Of a stretch of 64,000 nt of DNA, positions 59,423 to 64,000 are shown piece by piece; position 1 is the first letter of the stretch; each line of letters opens with the position of its first letter. The stretch lies in assembly GCA_963700285.1 (NCBI GenBank), contig CAVOXA010000010.1, positions 480,001 through 544,000 of the forward strand. The letters are read 5' to 3'. Source of the stretch: an uncultured Chloroflexia bacterium. Lineage in GTDB: Bacteria > Chloroflexota > Anaerolineae > JAAYZQ01. A model generated the notes under the pieces. The model did not search any database and was not told the origin of the DNA. It saw only the letters and a list, made by a program, of their open reading frames with translations. Made by a program: the position numbers and the translations under genes.

Positions 59423-60460
59423 ATGGTCAACAGGGAGATCAAGATCGGCATCGTCGGTTCGGGATTTATGGGGCGAACCTACGCCGAAACGACGACAAAG
59501 TACAACCGTCACGCCCGCCTGATCGCCGTCGCGGGCGGCACGCGAGCAGAGAGACTGGCCGCCGACTATGACGTGGACCTTGAACCTTCGGTGGAGGATC
59601 TGATGGCCCGCGACGATGTGGATGCCGTCATCCTGACCCCTCCCGAGTCGGTCCACCTGGAACACACGCGGATGGCAGCCGCCGCCGGCAAGCATGTACT
59701 GGCCGAGAAGCCCATGGCGCCCGATGTAGCCCAGTGCCAGGCCATGATCGACGCCTGTCGGGACGCTGGCGTCACACTCATGGTCGTTCAGAGCCAACGC
59801 TTTCGCGGTGTACACCAGCGGGCCAGAGGACTGTTGGACGAGGAGCGCATCGGTGAGGTGTGGCAGGTGCGCCACTGGTCCAATTTTCCCATCGAATGGT
59901 CAGTACCAGTGGTCGGCGACCGGCCCTGGTACGCAGACCCGGAGGGCGGGCTATTCCTGGGCCAATGCGTACACAACTTTGATATGATGCGCTGGCTGGT
60001 GGGCAGCGAGGCCAACCAGGTCTATGCCCACGTCACCTCCCACGGTGACCACGGCCTGCCTAATCTGAGTGTGATGGCCCAGGTCGAGTTCCAGAACGGA
60101 GCGACGGGCCAGCTATGGGTCTGCCTGGAGTTGCCTGGCGTAGGATTTCCTCAGAGCCGGTTTCACTCCCAGGTCGTTGGTAGCAAGGGACTGCTGGACT
60201 TTGACGGGTATACACACCTGGACCTGGCAGTCGACGGTGCCTGGGAACGTGTCTGGGAACAGCCTGGCTTTGACCCGCTGGATCCCATGGATCCGGTGCG
60301 CCTGGAATCATATACCGCCCAGAACCAGGCGTTCATCGACAGCATCCTCGAGGGACAGCCACCGCCCGTCAGCGGTGAGGATGGCCGCGCCGCGGTGGAA
60401 TTGTGCCAGGCCAGCCTGCTTTCGGCGCGCAGCGGCCAGGCCATCACCCTGCCCCTCTGA
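59423..60460 (+). CDS. Gfo/Idh/MocA oxidoreductase
   Basis: GSGFMG, GKHVLAEKP, VHNFD. Confidence 0.92.
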   Translation: MVNREIKIGIVGSGFMGRTYAETTTKYNRHARLIAVAGGTRAERLAADYDVDLEPSVEDLMARDDVDAVILTPPESVHLEHTRMAAAAGKHVLAEKPMAPDVAQCQAMIDACRDAGVTLMVVQSQRFRGVHQRARGLLDEERIGEVWQVRHWSNFPIEWSVPVVGDRPWYADPEGGLFLGQCVHNFDMMRWLVGSEANQVYAHVTSHGDHGLPNLSVMAQVEFQNGATGQLWVCLELPGVGFPQSRFHSQVVGSKGLLDFDGYTHLDLAVDGAWERVWEQPGFDPLDPMDPVRLESYTAQNQAFIDSILEGQPPPVSGEDGRAAVELCQASLLSARSGQAITLPL

Positions 60461-60485
60461 GCGGTAGAGCAAGGGAGGAACCTCG

Positions 60486-61499
60486 GTGAAGGCTGTACTG
60501 CTTGACCGTGCTTCAGAGGTAAGGGTGGTCGAGATCCCCAAGCCAACTTTCGGGGAACAGGACGTGCTGGTCCAGGTCGGCGCCTGCGGAATCTGCGCCT
60601 CAGACCTGCATATGGACCAGATCAAGTTGAGGGACCCGCCCTATCCCCTGGTACCCGGGCACGAAGTGGCGGGGACCGTCGTCCACACGGGCCCGGCAGT
60701 CCGGAATGTGCACAGGGGCGAGGGGGTGGTGGTGCAGCCCGCCGTCGCCTGTGGTGTCTGCCGCCCGTGCCGGCGGGGCCATTCCAATCTCTGTCTGGAC
60801 GCGCAGGTTGTCGGACTGCATCTTCCTGGCGGCTTTGCCCAATACGTGGCCGTCCCGGGCGGCAATGCCTATCCCACCGGCGGGCTGCCAGATGACGCCG
60901 CCGCCTGTACGGAACCCCTGGCCTGCGCATTGCACGGTATGCAGCGCCTGGCGCCCCGCCCGGCTGATGGGGTACTCATCTTTGGGGCTGGTACCATCGG
61001 CTTGTTCTTCTTGCAGTTGGTGCGCCAGCAGTGCGCCGGGCCGATCACGGTAGTCGACCTGAGCCCGTGGCGTCTGGAGATCGCAGGCAAGCTAGGCGCG
61101 GACCAGGTTATCGCAGCGGATGGTACCGAGGGAGAGAAACTGTTCCGGCAGCAGCTACTGGGCTTTGACTGTGTGGTCGATGCCACGGGAGTACCTGCCG
61201 TCATTGAGGCAGCGTACCACTACCTGGCCCCCGCAGCCAGGCTACTGCTGCTCGGCTCGCCGCCTACAGCCGCGAGCATAGCCATCCAGCCGCGCCGGAT
61301 ACAACGGCAGGATGCGACAGTGGTTGGAGCCTTCAGTTTTGGCCACGAGTTCGCCGCGGCATTGGAGCTACTACAGTCCGGATGCGTACAGACCGGGCAC
61401 ATCGTGACCCACCAGTACCCGTTGGAGGGCTTTCCTGAGGCTTGGCAACGGGCCTCCTCGGGCCAGGATTGCATCAAGGTACAGATTGTGCCTGGGTGA
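60486..61499 (+). CDS. Zn-dependent sugar-alcohol/threonine dehydrogenase (MDR)
   Basis: GICASD, GHE, CGVCRPC..C, EPLAC, GAGTIG. Confidence 0.93.
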   Translation: MKAVLLDRASEVRVVEIPKPTFGEQDVLVQVGACGICASDLHMDQIKLRDPPYPLVPGHEVAGTVVHTGPAVRNVHRGEGVVVQPAVACGVCRPCRRGHSNLCLDAQVVGLHLPGGFAQYVAVPGGNAYPTGGLPDDAAACTEPLACALHGMQRLAPRPADGVLIFGAGTIGLFFLQLVRQQCAGPITVVDLSPWRLEIAGKLGADQVIAADGTEGEKLFRQQLLGFDCVVDATGVPAVIEAAYHYLAPAARLLLLGSPPTAASIAIQPRRIQRQDATVVGAFSFGHEFAAALELLQSGCVQTGHIVTHQYPLEGFPEAWQRASSGQDCIKVQIVPG

Positions 61500-61605
61500 A
61501 GGAGCAAGGGATGGGAGTCTTTCTCATCGACATGATTTTTATCGCATCTGCGACGCGCGATCCAATTCCCTGGTAGCAGCGACGGCCTCGAGGAGGTTTA
61601 TATCC

Positions 61606-62961
61606 ATGCCCAAATCGGCTCGGAAGCAATCTCTGATCAGGGATGCCCAACACCTGTTTGAAGCACGGGGGCACGACGAGGCAGACCGCCAGGCCCCTAC
61701 CATCGTCCGCGAGGCGGGTGGCATTCGGGTGACTGACGTGGAGGGCCAGAGTTATCTCGACGGCCTTTCAGGTATCTGGACGGTAAACATCGGCCACGGC
61801 AACCGGGCGGTGGTCGAGGCCATGACCGAACAGTTGCAGCGCTTCAGCTTCAGTTGGCCCGAGGGGACCCTCAGCGAAGCGGCCATACGGCTGGGGCGCC
61901 TGTTGGCCGAGATCACCCCGCCCGAGCTGACCACCGTCCTACTGGTCAACAGCGGGTCCGAGGCCACCGAGGCGACACTCAAGCTGGCGCGCCAATACTG
62001 GCTGCAAACTGGGCATCCCCGCAAGACCAAGATCCTGGGCCGTTACCTGTCCTGGCATGGCTCGACGATGGGCGCCCTGAGCATGGGCGGCACCACACCC
62101 TGGAAGGAACCGTTCGGACCATTCCTGGCGGAATGCCGCCACGTGGCCCCGCCCTACTGCTACCGCTGCCCCTACGGCCTGACCTACCCGGCCTGCGACC
62201 TGGCCTGCGCGCGGGTCATCGAAAATGTAATCGAGTGGGAAGATCCCGAGACCGTGGCTGCCATCATTCTGGATCCGGTCATGGTTTCGGCCGGCATCCT
62301 GGTACCACCACAGGGGTACCTCACAACAGTACGCGAGATCTGCCAACGCACCGGGACGCTTCTTATCTTTGACGAGGTGATCACCGGCTTTGGACGCACC
62401 GGTGAGATGTTCGCCATGGACACCTTTGATGTGGTGCCCGACATTGTGGCCCTGGCCAAGGGCATGAGTAGCGGCTACGCTCCCCTGGCCGGTATCGTCG
62501 CTGCCGAGCGGGTCGCAGGCGAATTCTGGGGCGCGGGCAAGGCTTTCCACCACGGCCATACTTTTGGCGGAAACCCGGTCTCGGCGGCGGCCGGCGTGGC
62601 CAATATCACCCAGATCCTGGAGGGCGGCCTGATCGATAATGCCAGGCGAGTGGGGGTCTATCTCCAGCAGCAAGGGCAGGTACTGCGGAAACAGCCTATC
62701 GTGGGTGATGTACGCGGGGTCGGCCTGATCCTAGGCACCGAGTTGGTGGCAGATCCCGGGAGCCGGGAGCGCTTCCCAGCCCAGGTGGAGCCGGGTCTCA
62801 GAATCCAGGCTGCGGCAAAGCAGCGTGGCTTGCTGCTGCGCGCCAGCCCCAATTGGATAGCCCTGGCCCCGCCCCTGATCACGAGAGAAAGCGAGATCGA
62901 CGAGATGCTAAGCATCGTCCAGGCCAGCATTGAGGAGGTACAAGCTCAAATCTTGCTCTGA
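61606..62961 (+). CDS. Class III (omega-amine) aminotransferase
   Basis: NSGSEA, WHGST, FDEVITGFGRTG, LAKG, HGHTFGGNP; AGGAGG before ATG 61606. Confidence 0.93.
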   Translation: MPKSARKQSLIRDAQHLFEARGHDEADRQAPTIVREAGGIRVTDVEGQSYLDGLSGIWTVNIGHGNRAVVEAMTEQLQRFSFSWPEGTLSEAAIRLGRLLAEITPPELTTVLLVNSGSEATEATLKLARQYWLQTGHPRKTKILGRYLSWHGSTMGALSMGGTTPWKEPFGPFLAECRHVAPPYCYRCPYGLTYPACDLACARVIENVIEWEDPETVAAIILDPVMVSAGILVPPQGYLTTVREICQRTGTLLIFDEVITGFGRTGEMFAMDTFDVVPDIVALAKGMSSGYAPLAGIVAAERVAGEFWGAGKAFHHGHTFGGNPVSAAAGVANITQILEGGLIDNARRVGVYLQQQGQVLRKQPIVGDVRGVGLILGTELVADPGSRERFPAQVEPGLRIQAAAKQRGLLLRASPNWIALAPPLITRESEIDEMLSIVQASIEEVQAQILL

Positions 62962-62971
62962 GCCCACTCCA

Positions 62972-62998
62972 GTAAGGCAAGATGGCATCTTGCCCTAC
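62972..62998. repeat. Single REP palindrome, same family as 36580-36701
   Basis: GTAAGGCAAGATggcATCTTGCCCTAC just after a stop codon. Confidence 0.7.
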
Positions 62999-63087
62999 GG
63001 AGAGCAATCAAGTCACGGACTTGGTACTGAGAGCATCCTGCAGCTTGGTCCAATGCCGGTTATGCTACCCTGAGGAGAGTGAGAATC

Positions 63088-64000
63088 ATGGCACAAATCA
63101 TCACGGTCTGCGGCCCGATAGCGCCGGACGAACTGGGCTTCACGCTGCCGCACGAACATATCTTTATCGATCTGACCGCCTTTCCTGGCGGCATCACGAT
63201 GCACGGCCTGGACGGATTTATCGACCCGGTGCGGCACACGGACATCATGATCCAGGAAGTGAGAGCCTTCCAAGCTGCTGGAGGCAGCAGCATCGTCGAC
63301 GTCACCTGCCGGAATATGGGGGGGGATACGCGGGCGCTCAAGGGTGTGGCCGAGGCGACCGGCGTCCACATCATCGCAGGCTGCGGCTGGTACCGGGAAT
63401 CCTACATGGATCATGACCTCTACTACCGGTCCACGAACGAGCTGGCGGAGAGTCTGATCAACGAGATCGAACATGGCCTGGGCGACACCGGCATCCGGCC
63501 GGGCATCCTGGGTGAGATCGGCGTGAACTATAACCACTACCACCTGTCGGCCAAGGAGGAGCGCTGTCTGCGGGCCGTGGCCAAGGCGCAGCAGCATTCG
63601 GGCCTGGCCGTCACCACCCACCTGCCCAAAGCCAGGGTTGCCCACGAGGTCCTGGACGTTCTGGGTGAACATGGCGTTCCGGCGGAGCGCGTCATCCTTG
63701 GGCACTCGGATGCCTACAAGGATGCTGGCTACCATGCCTCGCTGATGCAACGAGGGGCCTACGTGCAGTATGACAATATCGGTTCGACCCTGGACGCGCC
63801 CTGGGGCGAGTCAGAGTTGCTCGACCTGATGGTCGAATTGCTGGGCCAGGGCTACGTGGAGCGGGTCCTGCTGTCACAAGACATCTGTGGTCGCAGCCAT
63901 ATGAAGTATTATGGCGGCCGGGGCTTTGACTATATCGCCACCGAGTTCCTGCCCTTGCTCCGGGAGCGGGGTATCAGCGAGGAGCAGATCCAGATCATGA
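63088..64000 (+). CDS. Phosphotriesterase-homology (Php/PTE) protein, 3' truncated by window edge
   Basis: Absent from the ORF track (no stop in window): MAQIITVCGPI..LGFTLPHEH, GEIG, TTH, GHSD, LLSQD. Confidence 0.9.
   Translation, partial: MAQIITVCGPIAPDELGFTLPHEHIFIDLTAFPGGITMHGLDGFIDPVRHTDIMIQEVRAFQAAGGSSIVDVTCRNMGGDTRALKGVAEATGVHIIAGCGWYRESYMDHDLYYRSTNELAESLINEIEHGLGDTGIRPGILGEIGVNYNHYHLSAKEERCLRAVAKAQQHSGLAVTTHLPKARVAHEVLDVLGEHGVPAERVILGHSDAYKDAGYHASLMQRGAYVQYDNIGSTLDAPWGESELLDLMVELLGQGYVERVLLSQDICGRSHMKYYGGRGFDYIATEFLPLLRERGISEEQIQIM

Overview
A GC-rich bacterial window of about 55 genes, all on the + strand. It looks like one large catabolic island for modified sugars, amino sugars and other small molecules. 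A V/E/K-repeat lipoprotein linker suggests Chloroflexota (inference). It encodes 2-oxoacid dehydrogenase E1-beta/E2, two DegT aminotransferases plus a remnant, and two sulfatases. It also carries an Asp-box protein, DeoR with an FGGY kinase, peptide and sugar ABC transporters, six divergent URO-D/MtaA-fold proteins and a non-pyrrolysine MttB. Other genes are divergent NagA/NagB-like enzymes, aldolases, oxidoreductases and amidohydrolases. The best candidate for an undescribed system is the DeoR - FGGY kinase - URO-D-like module with three small Cys-motif (CP...YCEHC...C) paralogs at 12.2-17.2 kb, set in a URO-D-like expansion with no corrinoid protein in the window. Non-coding signals include GTAG-type REP palindromes, a second hairpin family with covarying stems, and start-codon-less Shine-Dalgarno motifs upstream of both solute-binding genes. 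About a dozen single-base frameshifts, densest at 31.5-33.8 kb, are most likely long-read errors. No rRNA, tRNA, CRISPR array or transposase was seen. All family calls come from reading motifs, not from database searches.
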